Below, piece by piece: positions 22,848-35,237 of a stretch of 64,000 nt of DNA. The stretch lies in NCBI GenBank assembly GCA_946965045.2, contig OX337232.1, positions 248,001 through 312,000 on the forward strand. Reading direction: 5' to 3'. Made by a program: the position numbers and the translations under genes. Position 1 is the first letter of the stretch; every line of letters begins with the position of its first letter. This DNA is from Epithemia pelagica. Taxonomy: Eukaryota > Protista > Bacillariophyta. The notes under the pieces were generated by a model that saw only the letters and a program-made list of their open reading frames with translations, searched no databases and was not told the DNA's origin.

Positions 22848-24485
22848 TTACAAATTGGACGCTTCCAACCAGGTCAACAATTCGTCAATCGTTTCTTGGG
22901 CCTTGCTATATTGCAATTGATTGCGGGCCACGGCGGGCCCCAAGACATCTTCGGCTCGCGTCGCCACTTGCCACGAGGGCGGGGCCAAGAGGGGTGCGGC
23001 ATGACCGGCATTGGCAATGGTCCGTCGTTGCACTTGAATGTCAATCATGGGTCGTTTCATGCGCACGACTTGACCGGCCGTTGCCAACAAATCGTGCAAT
23101 TCGTCCGATTCGTCCAAACCATCGTCTTGGTATTGCACAATCAAGGTATTGCGAGCCCGGTAGGCGCGACGCGCCGCACTCTGGACTTGAGCCGGCGGCG
23201 GACAAAATTCCGTCGCCCCATCGGCCACTTCTTCGACCAAACTGGGAATTTGTTGCAAGGCTTGCAACAAATCGTACAAGACGGAGGGTGGCAAGCCGGC
23301 TTGGGACAGGGCCACGAGTAGAGGATTTTGTGTCGCGGCCGACACGGCTTCCCGGACCGACGACGATACTTGGACGGTTTGTTGAATCCAGGATTGCGTC
23401 GACGGGGTATCCAAAAACGGTGGAATCAGCAACAACCGGACGGCCTTTTGCAAGAGGGCATCCGGTGGCACTTGTCCACAGACTTGGGCTTGGGCCAATT
23501 CAATCCACGTCGAAATCACCTCGGCGCCGTTGCGCCGCGTCGTCGTGGCATTGCGAGCTGCCACGTAGGTAAAAAAGGGTTGGACCAATTCCTCAAAGAG
23601 CGGCACGGCATCCGTGACTTGAAGGGAATTGTAGGAAATCAAGGCATTGGCCGCGCGGGGTGTATCGGGAAACAAACTGGTAATCAAGACATGGAGCAAG
23701 GCACCGGCCGAATGGCCGACGCCAATCACGGGCAAGGCGCCATAGGTCCGGGCCAAGGGCAAGGCGACTTGTTCGAACCGATCCAAAATGGCATCGCACG
23801 TCTGTAAGCGATCAAAACTCAGGGTAAAGGGCGTGGCGACAATCAAAAAGCCCGCCTCGGCCAAGCCTTCCAACAAATAGCGGTACGTGATATGCGGTGC
23901 CGCGCCCACCAAGGCCCCGCCCAAAAAATGAATCACGGCTCGGGGCGCTCCGTCTTGCAAGGATGGTCGCAAGACGTAATTGCCATGCAATTCTTCCCAA
24001 TTGCCCGGTGGAGTCATGCTCGCTGGTTTGGGCACCATCGAGGAGGACGCGGCGGATGTTGGTTTGGAAGAAGAACTGGGACGAGTGTCGACCGGTTCGT
24101 CCTCCGCAGTGGGTGCATTTTTATTGTTATTGTTGTTGTTACTGGACGTGGGTCGGACCGTTGCCGTGGCACCAGTGACAGCATTGGTGGTCGACACTGT
24201 TCGACTCGTCCATGGTTCCTTCTGGTTGTTCTTTCGTAATGTTGGAGTGGAGGTGGGTGGAGTGGTGGTCGTGGCTTGGAGTGCAAGGAACCGCAGTGTC
24301 CATGGATTCTTCGTGGGTGGTCGACGAACCACGACGAGCCCCAAAGCTTGTGGAGGAACCAGGAGATTCAGTTGCACACACACGACAAGGCATACAAGAA
24401 CCACCCGCAGTAGGCATCCAGGTGCGCTTCGGTTTCGTTGCGTGCTAGTCTTGTAGTTGTTGTCCAGCCGTTGAAACAATGCCAT
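22848..24485 (-). CDS. DUF1350 family alpha/beta-hydrolase-like protein, plastid-targeted
   Basis: PRAVIHFLGGALVGAAPHITYRYLLEGLAEAGFLIVATPF, PVIGVGHSAGA, ANALISYN, LIVQYQDDGLDES. Signal peptide followed by a T/R/K-rich transit-like region. Confidence 0.85.
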   Translation of the reverse strand: MALFQRLDNNYKTSTQRNRSAPGCLLRVVLVCLVVCVQLNLLVPPQALGLVVVRRPPTKNPWTLRFLALQATTTTPPTSTPTLRKNNQKEPWTSRTVSTTNAVTGATATVRPTSSNNNNNNKNAPTAEDEPVDTRPSSSSKPTSAASSSMVPKPASMTPPGNWEELHGNYVLRPSLQDGAPRAVIHFLGGALVGAAPHITYRYLLEGLAEAGFLIVATPFTLSFDRLQTCDAILDRFEQVALPLARTYGALPVIGVGHSAGALLHVLITSLFPDTPRAANALISYNSLQVTDAVPLFEELVQPFFTYVAARNATTTRRNGAEVISTWIELAQAQVCGQVPPDALLQKAVRLLLIPPFLDTPSTQSWIQQTVQVSSSVREAVSAATQNPLLVALSQAGLPPSVLYDLLQALQQIPSLVEEVADGATEFCPPPAQVQSAARRAYRARNTLIVQYQDDGLDESDELHDLLATAGQVVRMKRPMIDIQVQRRTIANAGHAAPLLAPPSWQVATRAEDVLGPAVARNQLQYSKAQETIDELLTWLEASNL

Positions 24486-25649
24486 GATACTGTCGTTGGA
24501 CCCAAACCAAAAAAAGCTAGAGTGTGTGTGTGTATGTCCGGATATTCGGTTGTTCCGTTCGTTCGTTCGACCGCGTACTTGTTCTCCCGACAAACGTTGC
24601 CACGCGCAATGAGTGAACCTTCCAAAGACTCTTGTTCTCTGGTGTTGTTTCTCTCGTCTCTCTGCTCAGTGGGAATAGATGCACCAAACAGAGCAAGGAC
24701 AGTGTAAAAGTAAACAAATTAATTAAACACTCGGAATCGAAACGAGATCTGAATCAGCCATGGTTTTGCTGTTCCAACGATTCTTTGGCGGATGGAATGA
24801 CTGACGTGTTGAGCATGTCGTCTGTCCATGGCTCATCCTCTATCTTTGCAATGTGTTGTGCTGCTGGCGTGGGAAAGATCTTCTATTACACCTACTCCTA
24901 GTAGGAGTACCTTCCATGGTCCATGCCCCAGGTATGCTTTCAAACGACAACAAGATGCATACCAAAGTAGGGTGTGCTTGTGTATGGAATATAGAAAAGA
25001 TGTGGCACTCCTATCCTAATACCTACCTAGTAGAGAGTGGCGAACCAAATGTAGATGTGGCTATACCATCGTCATGGCGTCTCGGAAAACGAACGGTATA
25101 CCTTGACCTGCGACACGAGTAGTCCAAGTTCTTGATTCTTGCGCGCAACGAAACACTGCATCCTACCAACAACTAAGGATTCGTGACTGTGGAATTCCAA
25201 AAAGAGGAAGACAACGATGTGGCCCTGTCGTAGAGACGCGAAACAGGAATGTGGTTCTTACTGTCATTGTCATGGCGAATCTCTCCGAAAGCCCCCAACT
25301 ACTATTCTACACGGAGAAGCAAAATTCCAATGGAGTTTGATTTATTTTAGATTGGAAAGCGTGGCTACGACAAGTCCATGGAGAATCTTCCAACTCATGC
25401 TATATCCGTATTGTATACGAGAGAGTCTTTCAAATAGTTTTTTCTGTGTGCTTGATTTACTTTAGTGGTTGAGGTTGCTACGACAATTCATGGGATTGTA
25501 AAAAAATATATATAGATATGAATGAATGAGAATAGAGTAATGTGGAAGACACGGGTTGGTCTCGTCTCGTTTCTTTCTCGTTTACAGGGAACCGACTGTG
25601 TGGGAGGACTGCACCGTCTTTTGGTTTCCGTAAAAGGACCACTTTGTTT

Positions 25650-26192
25650 CTATTGGTAAAACCGGGCTCGGCAGGCACACGGCAATGTCGTCATGCTCGG
25701 GTTGTCGAGGAAGGTCCGGCACTCGGCGTCCATTGTTTCAATCGCTTGAAATTCGGTCAGGAGATCCGCCAAGAGCGTATCGCAGAATTGGGTTTCCAAA
25801 TCCAATTGTCTCGGCAAATCATCTTCAATATTGGTGGTGCGCGGGGGCGTCCCGCAACTCTCCGAGGCGGAAACACAGTGGTAGCCTTTGGAATCACAAT
25901 CGTAGCCGGGATAGGCTGTACTGAGCACGGCCTCCACATTGGCATCGATGCACGCCATTTTGACGGAGCTCGCTCCAATATGTCCCGACGCACCCATGTT
26001 GGTCGTAACGGTTCGTTGACCTTCTTCATACTCGATGCGATTAATCATGGCGGTTCGAAACGCCGTCCCAGTGCAAGCGGAGGGCAAGAAGCATCCCACT
26101 TGCACTTCATTTACGCCCGTGGCACCGACCAAGGCAACGGCCCACAAAAAGGCCAAGGCCATCATTTGAGTGCAGTAGTAGAAGGACATCAT
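25650..26192 (-). CDS. Small secreted cysteine-rich hypothetical protein
   Basis: Signal-peptide-like MMALAFLWAVALVGATG; about 10 Cys in the mature part. Confidence 0.55.
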   Translation of the reverse strand: MMSFYYCTQMMALAFLWAVALVGATGVNEVQVGCFLPSACTGTAFRTAMINRIEYEEGQRTVTTNMGASGHIGASSVKMACIDANVEAVLSTAYPGYDCDSKGYHCVSASESCGTPPRTTNIEDDLPRQLDLETQFCDTLLADLLTEFQAIETMDAECRTFLDNPSMTTLPCACRARFYQ

Positions 26193-26917
26193 GGTTTCTC
26201 GTTGCTTGCTGAAAGAAGGATGAAGGATAGAGTCGATTACACGCTTTGGCTTGGTAGGAACTGGAGAGTGTGAAAAAATCAAGGAGCGGCACTTTACGAC
26301 CAGAACTCGGTGGCAAACTCGAAGAGAAAGTCCCTCCATGAGCATCTCAAAACTGGTTGGGATGGATACAGAAGTCAGGGTGAATGGTTGGAAGCAAGAT
26401 AGGGCAATTCGATATCATACTCTTCGGTCATTTCGAACATCACCACGATGACTTTGTTGATATGCTCTTTTTTATGCCCACGAAAAACATTTCATGTGAT
26501 GTCCCGTTGGGATCGTTATGGAAGAGTTCTGATATTTCTTGGGCAATTGTTAGAGAGTACCAATCTTTTGGAGGCTGCAATTTTGATGTAGCAAGTGTCC
26601 CAATGCGCTCTCATTTTCCCGTACAGACGCTCAGACTTTCTAGACCCGGGGAACATGTGAAACTCGCTACTCATGCTATCGCAATCGCAACGTAGACGCC
26701 CAGATAGTGCATCTACTAGCTACTGCTACTCAACCGTACTCCTCCAAAAGACTGCTTCGTCCAGCCATTTCTCTATCGAGGAAGGGCTTCCCCATTGCAT
26801 AAGATAAGGAATCACTTGGAAACTACAGTGTTCATTGTTGCCATCGATCCAAGTGTTCGATCATGTCTACGAACCCTGTCCATACCAAGCTTCACTTCTA
26901 CTACTCCAAGTGCTATA

Positions 26918-27625
26918 CTACAAGAGCTTTTCCAATTGATCTCGTTGATCATTGAGCGTTTGCAAAATTTCCAACGCCTCGTCCCGATCGACTGCATGTT
27001 GCAGCAAGAGCTCGAGGGGGACATGGTCCAGCGTTTTTTCATGTGTCGCTTGCAAGACCAGTTGCGGTACGGCTTGTTGGGATTGGTAGGCTTGGGCCCA
27101 TCGTTGGGCACACAAACACCATTGATCGCCCTCTTGCAAGCCGGGAAAGGCCCATTGCGGCGCTGGTGTACTCAAATCATTGCCGACGGATTGACTGTAG
27201 TCCAAAAAGGCTTGCGTGACTTGGACACAGACGGTATGACGACCGACATCCGAATCGCCCGTACTGCAATACCCATTGCGATAAAAGCCCGTTCCAATGC
27301 CCGTACCTCGCACATTGGTACAACAGGGCTGCAAGAGAGTTCCCAAGACATTGTACGATTTGGCTTCCGCCTTGGTAGTGGCGGCGGGGAGTGTGTCGTC
27401 GTCGTCATCGTCGTCGTCATCTTCCTCATCATTGTTGGAAGCGGCCCGGTGCCATCTAGATTTTGGCCACTGGGCAATCGTCGTGCGGCGGAACGACAGT
27501 CTTTTCTGTTGGTGGGTTCCTCGAGAACGAATGTCGGTAGGACAAAAGGCGTGGCAGGTGCTCCACTCCACCAAAAACACCATCCAAAACCAGCCGGAGC
27601 AGAATCCAAAAGACCACACCACCAT
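26918..27625 (-). CDS. DUF2237 family protein, probably plastid-targeted
   Basis: NVLG..LQPCC...TGFYRNGYC..G..D.GRHTVC...FLDYS.S.GNDLSTP...FPGL..GD.WCLCA.RW..A...L.ATHE. Signal peptide ending CHA|F (ASAFAP-like). Confidence 0.9.
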   Translation of the reverse strand: MVVWSFGFCSGWFWMVFLVEWSTCHAFCPTDIRSRGTHQQKRLSFRRTTIAQWPKSRWHRAASNNDEEDDDDDDDDDTLPAATTKAEAKSYNVLGTLLQPCCTNVRGTGIGTGFYRNGYCSTGDSDVGRHTVCVQVTQAFLDYSQSVGNDLSTPAPQWAFPGLQEGDQWCLCAQRWAQAYQSQQAVPQLVLQATHEKTLDHVPLELLLQHAVDRDEALEILQTLNDQRDQLEKLL

Positions 27626-28243
27626 GATTGGTTTCCGAATCGCCTCCTGGTCAAAGATCAACGCAGAAGAAGAAGAATAAGAAGAAGAAGAATCAAGATG
27701 GTGCGTTTGGAAAATGGAATACTCGGTTCGTTCTCGGGCTGGATATTCTTCTTTCGATATGGAGATAGATGATATCTGATGGCTGGTCCAAGGCGTCTCC
27801 ACAGAAAGAGTCTGAAAACGTCATGGTAGATTTTCGCGACTCAAACACCACTCATTCTGGGGGATGACTGGGGGATGTGTGCGTGGTTGCGCGCGGTTTT
27901 GTTCTGTCGCTCCAACCGGGTGAATTCGTTCGTCGACCATGTTCCTTCACAGAACAAACACTCAAGGTCACTCCAGCAGGAATGCACCACAAACGTGTTA
28001 CCATGAGGATCCTCCTCCGAATTCTGATTTCGCGGAAGAACCGACTGAGCACAGGTTGACCAACTTTGCAGTCTCATAAAAAACGAAACTACACTTTTTA
28101 AATTCTGGCAAGGAACTCGTTTGTATCGTCACCTTGAAACACGCACTCTGATTCTATTCTCTTGACTCACTGGAACAATCTCACGTTTGAACTGAACTTG
28201 ACCCTCTCTTTGTCTTCTTCTATTTCACACACCACAATCCAAC

Positions 28244-29674
28244 ATGACCACCACAACGCGTCACTCCAACTCGAGCACCTCTACCTCCTCGCACCAAGAC
28301 CTGCTGGGTCGTTGTTTACTGCCCATATCTACACCTGTATCGTCCATGGACCATGCAACTCACAAGCAAGATACTGCTACTCCACTGTTGGCATCGTCTC
28401 CTATTGCAACGCCCTCCGCTCCCATGTCTTTGGCACTGTGGCAGAATCGAATTGCACCGACAGTCTCGACTCCTACTCCTCCAACTACTTCCACCACTCG
28501 CGAATCGATGAACACCAACCATGACCAACAGCAACAGCAACAGCAACAGCAACGCCACTCGGTGCCATGGTTCCTAATGTTGGGCGATGTCCTCGTGGCA
28601 GCCAGTGTCACGGCGGTCGTGGCACCCAGTTTGACAATCATTGACAAGGCCTTGGTCCAATCGTCGGCGGGAACGCATTCGCCCTGGACCAGTGTCCAAG
28701 AATCCGTCGCTGCCCTGTGGCACCGACCGGGACGCTACTTTGTCAGTCCCACGTTTGGATGGATGTGGTTGGCCTATGCCACGACGTACAGTACCGCCAA
28801 TCTTCTCAAGACACTCACTACAGAGGAAACGACTCGTAGTACGAGACCTACTACAACAACAACAAGACCCAACGAATCACCCGATCAGCAATCCACGACA
28901 GCCACCACCGCCAAAACCAATACAACCGCCAGCAGTGCCAGTCTGGTCTTTGTGGGTACCACCCTGGCCAATTCGACCCTCTCCATGCTCAAGGATCGAG
29001 CCTATGCCCGCATGTTTGCCGCGACCAGCACAAGTACAAGTACAACGCCAATGACGATTCCACGGACCGCCTATGGATTGTGGATGGCCCGCGACTTGAC
29101 CGTGATTGGATCCTCCTTTGTCTTGCCACCGCTCGTGGCACAGCAACTACAGACATACCAGGAGAACCATGTTGCTTCGTCTACTTCTTCTTCGTGGTAT
29201 TTGACACTGGCACAATTGGTGACACCCTTGGCCGCACAAGTCGTGGCGGGACCCTTGCATTACATGGGACTCGACATTGTCCATCATCAACATTCGCAAC
29301 AACAACAATCCTGGAGGGACCGATGGATGCGCTTGCAACCCACCTTGCTCCGTACCGTCATTCCTGCCCGCATGATTCGTATCTTGCCCGGATACAGTCT
29401 GGCGGGAATTTGGAATCAATCCGGTCGACAGGCCTGGCACCAATGGCATGCGACAACAATAGAGGAGGATCCAGCACGCATACAAATGGATCTTTCACGA
29501 ACCAAACGTGCTATAACAACAACAACCTCTCCTTTGAATGCTTCTGCCTCGTCGTCCAACATTCGAGCCTCGACGACGGCGGACCAACAACAACAAAAGA
29601 AAACTGCATGGTGGAGAGTTTCGCCTTCTCTGACCCTAACTGCCCATTCCACACAACTACCACACCGAACTTAA
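28244..29674 (+). CDS. Uncharacterised multi-TM protein (mitochondrial-carrier/sideroflexin-like), paralog A
   Basis: GDVLVAA..TA..AP..TIID.A.VQS.AG, Y..TY..AN, KDRAYARMF, ARDLT.IGSSFVLPP, AGPLH..GLD, ARM.RILP.Y; all shared with 34008-35237. Confidence 0.75.
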   Translation: MTTTTRHSNSSTSTSSHQDLLGRCLLPISTPVSSMDHATHKQDTATPLLASSPIATPSAPMSLALWQNRIAPTVSTPTPPTTSTTRESMNTNHDQQQQQQQQQRHSVPWFLMLGDVLVAASVTAVVAPSLTIIDKALVQSSAGTHSPWTSVQESVAALWHRPGRYFVSPTFGWMWLAYATTYSTANLLKTLTTEETTRSTRPTTTTTRPNESPDQQSTTATTAKTNTTASSASLVFVGTTLANSTLSMLKDRAYARMFAATSTSTSTTPMTIPRTAYGLWMARDLTVIGSSFVLPPLVAQQLQTYQENHVASSTSSSWYLTLAQLVTPLAAQVVAGPLHYMGLDIVHHQHSQQQQSWRDRWMRLQPTLLRTVIPARMIRILPGYSLAGIWNQSGRQAWHQWHATTIEEDPARIQMDLSRTKRAITTTTSPLNASASSSNIRASTTADQQQQKKTAWWRVSPSLTLTAHSTQLPHRT

Positions 29675-31774
29675 TCTAGAATCCTTTCTCCCTATTCCTA
29701 AAGAAGATGATTGGGGTGTATAGGTTGGTAGTCCACGGTTCAAGGCGATCTCGTGCGTCATTATAATATGCTGTACTTGAACCGTGGACTCGAGGGCGAT
29801 AGAATCTCTCAAGAATCATGCGTGGTATTGTTCATTGTTATAACAGAATTTCAACCGAGAGCCATGCGAAGCGAACGATTGGAATGCTGCGTCGTCTCTT
29901 ATGGTGATGATCGCCATTCCCGATAGCGATTCGGAACGGGAAAGGGTAGCAATAGTAGCCGGTAGCTTTGGGCTTCCCGTGATCTTCGTCAGTTTTCAGT
30001 CGCTGCGAAAGGGCGGTCGGACGGACCGGGCGGTTTCACCGTTCCTCCGTCCACCACACCAAGGCGAAAATGACGTGATCCACACCATCTCCAAAAGACC
30101 CAATCACAAGGATTCCCAGTTCCGCATCGGAAACCAAGTGAGAACATGCGAAATGCAAAACCGAAGGGCGTCTTGCCCGTAATCTGCGAATACCAAAGTC
30201 GGACAAGTAAAAAGCCTAGCTGGAGACAAAGATACCTTTCTGTCTCATCAATATATTCGATGTCAATTAAATGCTGACAAAAGATGAGTAGTGTTCATTG
30301 AATGTGCGATGTTGTATGTGTGTAGGGCGTGTACTAGCCCTCGCATTGCTGACCTTGTTAGTTGTTAGCTCTTGCAAATAATATTTCTGAAATCCCGAAT
30401 CCTGACCAACTAACTACTACTCCTAACTAGAGAGAGCAGAGAGCACCTAGCCACATGCCACATGCCACCTACATAGTACTAGCTAGTGGCGCTATCTAGG
30501 AGAAAGTAGAGCGAATAGCGAATAGCACTGGGGCTATTCCCTATTCAGGCCTTCGGCAAAACTATGTGTCTATCGTTTAGATTTAGAATCTTGTTTACGG
30601 AGTACAAATCTCAACGGACCAAGTTTTAGCAAAAGTTCTCTCTCTTGGCCCCAAAAATGAGAGATGGAACATATAAGTTATACATGAAAATGTAGATCTT
30701 GGAAAGACTGACCGATATATATAATTTTTTGTACAAACGGAGATATGCCCATGAAGTTACAGTATTTTTTTGCAATTCGCTACACAATTTAGGTCCAGAG
30801 GGAGAATAATGAATGTGCAAGTCATGTGTTGTAAGCACCACGCAGCATGAGCTAATAGATGCGTGATTTATTCCTTACACATTCTAGAAGTTCGGATTCG
30901 ATAGTTTGATTTCCGATCACGACCACGCGTCACCTACTTCTAGAGAAGAGGAGCACTTCTTGACTTCTTGACACATCCAAATGACTGTCTGCCCAACAAG
31001 GAGGACTTGACCAAAACTTTTTGACGGGATCTCTCTCGCATCTCTCATCGATTCATCCATCCTCAAGCGTCTCTACTCCAAATGAAGCTCATCATGTTTG
31101 GAAAGAATCAACCCTCTGAGAAACCGCACCACATGTTGTGGATGGTGGCTGTTTCGATAGTGACTATAATAAACTTCATTCAAACATTATGACATAATAC
31201 TTAGCACAAAGTTATACTCCTAGCATTATACTTAGCACAAAGCTACCTTTGAGCGTCAAAGTCGCATCAGGAGGACTCCCATCTTGACATTTCCCGATTC
31301 CTTCTACTAGAGGAGAATTCTTGGGGCTCGGCACATAGCTTGAGGTCATCCATATTGAAAGACTTTCTTGGTCACCTTTCTCTGACCTTTTGGTCAGATG
31401 TCACTTTTCTAGCATTGGTAATGTGACCTGACCGATGAATTGTTTTGCAATAACATATAACAGTATAAGATTGTAGGAGTACTAGTATTGTAGCTTTGCA
31501 ATGCTAGGGTAGGTTGCTATAGCGGAATGGCTTATTGTCGTTCGTTTGTCACCTGTCACCTCGTGGCAGAAAAGAGAAGGTTGACAGTAGCATTTTATCA
31601 TACTGCGAATTGCACGAAGGCTGTCACCTGTCTGTCAATGTCAACGGTGAGCACTCATTGAACAGTAATGGTGCTGGGTTTGCACAATGTCTCCACCCAT
31701 TGATACTTTGCATCACAAACAACACTAAGCATTGATCGAGAGCCAAAGCAAAAGCTATCCATAAAAACGCAAGA

Positions 31775-32266
31775 ATGAGTTCTTCAGGCAATGAACGATT
31801 CACGTGCGGCTCGTCTTCACGGAGTGAAGTCTTTCAACAACACAACTCGGGTTCAAGCGATGGAATGATGAGGATGGAAGACCAAGGCTCGGTGCCGAGT
31901 CTTCGCTCGCTTCTTCAACGTGCTCACACCCATCCAGGACTTGCACATCCTTCTTCACCATACTCCAGCTCTTCTCGGTTTCTCGATGTGTTATCCCTTC
32001 ACTCGTCATCGTCATCATCCTTCAATATCACAGAGGACAGCATTGGTTCGCATGATATGAATGCCTCAGGTCCCACCGTGCTGGAAATTCTTGATAGCGC
32101 CATGGAAATGACGAATCCTTCCTCTGAATCCTCCTCAGGGATACCTCTGGATCTACTTGAGGAAGAAGGGTCGGATGACGACTGGGCAAATACTAGGGGA
32201 ACAAGGCGAACAACATCCTCCTCAAGACGAGGCGGTCATCGCCATCCTGAAGAAAATAGCCAGTAA
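31775..32266 (+). CDS. Ser-rich low-complexity hypothetical protein
   Basis: ATG-started 163-aa ORF in an otherwise AT-rich intergenic stretch, with short amphipathic motifs (SLRSLLQRA, VLEILDSAM). Confidence 0.45.
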   Translation: MSSSGNERFTCGSSSRSEVFQQHNSGSSDGMMRMEDQGSVPSLRSLLQRAHTHPGLAHPSSPYSSSSRFLDVLSLHSSSSSSFNITEDSIGSHDMNASGPTVLEILDSAMEMTNPSSESSSGIPLDLLEEEGSDDDWANTRGTRRTTSSSRRGGHRHPEENSQ

Positions 32267-34007
32267 ACGGGCTTGATTTTATTAAGACGAGCCAATTTCT
32301 CGTTCGTGATGATTGGAATTTTACCTTTTTGAAATGTTTTCGGGGAACATTTGTTTTACTGGTTGTGTCACTACAAGAATCAAGCATCCCATTCCAGCGA
32401 GTATCTAAGAAATGCCGCTGGAGGATTTGTTTCTACTATTTTTGTCCGCAAACACGTTCATAACATTGTCCTTTATCCTTTGCAACAAGTCTCCATTGTC
32501 TTACTCCTAGGACGATATGCACCTAGACCTATTCCCCTAGTCGTGGACTCGTTGGACGTGAACTCTATGGTACCGGCTACTTGAAGTTGGGCTCGCAATA
32601 CTAAGGTAGGTGGATGAGTCAAGTCGTTCGATGATAAGAGTTATGCAATATCAAATGTCAACCATCTAGGTTGCTAGGAGCAATTAAGGAGCCAAGCAGC
32701 CTTGGAATAGCCACGTTGACATCCTGCTATCCTCCCCTTTTGACTCCATCCAGGCAGCCCCTGGCCCCTGACACTTCACTTGTTACTTGGTGACTTGATT
32801 GTTCCGATTTTCCCCGCCTCATTTTTCAGATGGCATGGTCATCTCGGCGTGAGGGAGACATCTATTTTTTTCTTCATCCGGTCGGACGTCAGTCAACCTT
32901 TCATGACATCTGCTTCGCAGACAGGGCGAACAGCGATGGAACGAGTCGTGCCAGCTAGCACCGCAACGGTCATCTAACCGTCAACCAAAGGGGTCGCCGG
33001 TAGGTCCTTCTTAGGGCCTCCTCTAGGAGAGACCACTGCGGTTGTAGGACATGGATCTAATACCATCTTTACATGATATCAGGACAACAACGGGCATCAA
33101 ATATAAAAGGAATACCAAAAGAATGAGGATCGGATTGCATACTGTTGTGGTTGTTGCAGTTTTCGTTTGTAGCTTGTGGTTGTTGCAGTTTTCGTTCGTA
33201 GCGTCGACTCCGTACCTTTAAACTAGGTTTTGTTCTGCTTTGACAAGAAGATGCTGTCCCTCTCCGTAATCCTCTCTAGAGTGAGCCTCTTTTTCAGGTT
33301 GGACAAATGTTACATCAATGGAATCGCTTTGCCTCTTCCAAACACTAGCTCTCAAGCATCATGCACAGCTAGCGTCATCCGCACGAGCAACTTGGACTTT
33401 TTTCCAAAAGCATTGTCCAGGTAGTTGCATTGCTGCGCATTGAGTCACGTGTTGTGGGTCGGATGTTGGATTAGTAGACATGCATCCTGTCCTCGTGCAA
33501 GAATGGAAGGAACGGGACATGGCTCCAGCGAGATGCGAGATGTCAAACATGGTGTGTGTTGTTGTTGTGTGTGCTTCGAGGTTTCGGAAGCACGCCTCGC
33601 GTTTCACTTCATGCCGGCGCAGGAACGTTCCGGTCCTTCCTATTGTACATTCCGTCCCAAGATTCGGTATTGTACAGTAGATAAGATTCCTTGGGCCTTT
33701 TGATAGGCGAACATTCCAACACTGACTCACACATTCACCAATCACAGGCATGGATTTGTCTTTCGTCATGTTTCTTCCAGCACGGCGGCAGGCCTGTATT
33801 TGCATCCAGGCCATTTCCCTCACAAAACTAACAAGAACGAGCAACAACACAAGCCAATACACGTTCCACTCACAACATTGAACGAAACAAGCGTTCTGGA
33901 AGCCCATCGAACCATCGCACTATATTGGCATTCCAAAGGAAGAGGAGGTGGTTATTTTTGTCAGAAGTCTACCTTCAGTGCAGGTCTCTCGAGAGCACAT
34001 TACAACA

Positions 34008-35237
34008 ATGGTCCCTCCCATTCAACCGTTGGCCGACACCGAACAGTCTACTACGGACGGACACCCTTCAAATACAGGCTTGTTTCCAAACCATGCATCG
34101 ACGACGCAGTGTGAATCTTCGTCTGCTACGATGCCCGCATCGTCATCCTCCCTGGAAGAGCCAGCCTTTTGGAATTCATCATTGAACGAGACATCCTCCT
34201 CCTCCGTGGTACCAACGTCCATTCTGACCTCTCTGCAACAGGAGCTTTCAACCTTATCCTCCCAATTACCCAACGACTCCTCCTTATCATCGTCGTCATG
34301 GCACTTGGACGAGCTCTTGCCTCGGTTGCTGGGCGATGTCGTGGTGGGTGCGGTCGTGACGGCCGCCATTGCGCCCAGTGTCACCATTTTGGATCAAGCC
34401 ATGGTCCAATCGGCGGCCGGGACGCATACCTTGCTGGGCAGTGCCCAGGAGGCCACACGTCGCATCTTGCAACAGCCCTGGACCTATTTGAAAAGTCCCA
34501 CCTTTTTGTGGATGTGGACCACCTACGGTGTCACCTACATTACCGCCAATTCTCTCCATACCCTCGCCAATCATTGCATGACGTTGAATGGACAAGAACA
34601 TGAAGAGGCACCATTGCCTGATTCCCACGCCAACAATCACGACCACAAGCCAGAACTCTCATCGGTTTCCAGTAGTACAGCGGCCGTCTGGTGGGCCAGT
34701 GTCGTATTTTTGGGCACGACAGCCGCCAATTCGACAGCCGCCTTGGCCAAGGATCGGGCCTATGCTCGCATGTTTGGAAGCACGTCGGCTTCCACTTCGA
34801 CGGGCTTTTTGCCCCATACCGCATTGGCCTTGTGGCTGGCACGGGATTTGACCGCCATTGGGTCGTCCTTTGTCTTGCCCCCCTATGTGGCGCAGTACCT
34901 GCATGACTACTCCCAACAATCACAATCCACAACAACAAGAACAACGACAACTCCCAGTGAAACAACCCTGGCTGTGGCGCAATTTGTCACGCCCATGGCG
35001 GCCCAACTCGTGGCGGGACCCTTGCACTTTTTGGGATTGGATGCTTGCAATCGACCCATGCCAACAATTAGTTGGGCCAATCGATGGCAGGCCTTGGTTC
35101 AAACGGGACTGTCCTCCTTTTTACTCGCCCGCATGGCCCGCATCTTGCCCAGTTATGGCATTGGTGGTGTGTGGAATCAACAGGGACGACACGCTTGGAA
35201 TGAGTGGATTGACGACATGAAGACTACGAGATGGTAA
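34008..35237 (+). CDS. Uncharacterised multi-TM protein (mitochondrial-carrier/sideroflexin-like), paralog B
   Basis: Same motif series as 28244-29674. Confidence 0.75.
   Translation: MVPPIQPLADTEQSTTDGHPSNTGLFPNHASTTQCESSSATMPASSSSLEEPAFWNSSLNETSSSSVVPTSILTSLQQELSTLSSQLPNDSSLSSSSWHLDELLPRLLGDVVVGAVVTAAIAPSVTILDQAMVQSAAGTHTLLGSAQEATRRILQQPWTYLKSPTFLWMWTTYGVTYITANSLHTLANHCMTLNGQEHEEAPLPDSHANNHDHKPELSSVSSSTAAVWWASVVFLGTTAANSTAALAKDRAYARMFGSTSASTSTGFLPHTALALWLARDLTAIGSSFVLPPYVAQYLHDYSQQSQSTTTRTTTTPSETTLAVAQFVTPMAAQLVAGPLHFLGLDACNRPMPTISWANRWQALVQTGLSSFLLARMARILPSYGIGGVWNQQGRHAWNEWIDDMKTTRW

Noticed and set aside
31195-31241. Direct repeat ATACTTAGCACAAAG x2 as a TSD
   Set aside because: Only ~15 bp separate the copies; a local micro-duplication with no element between.
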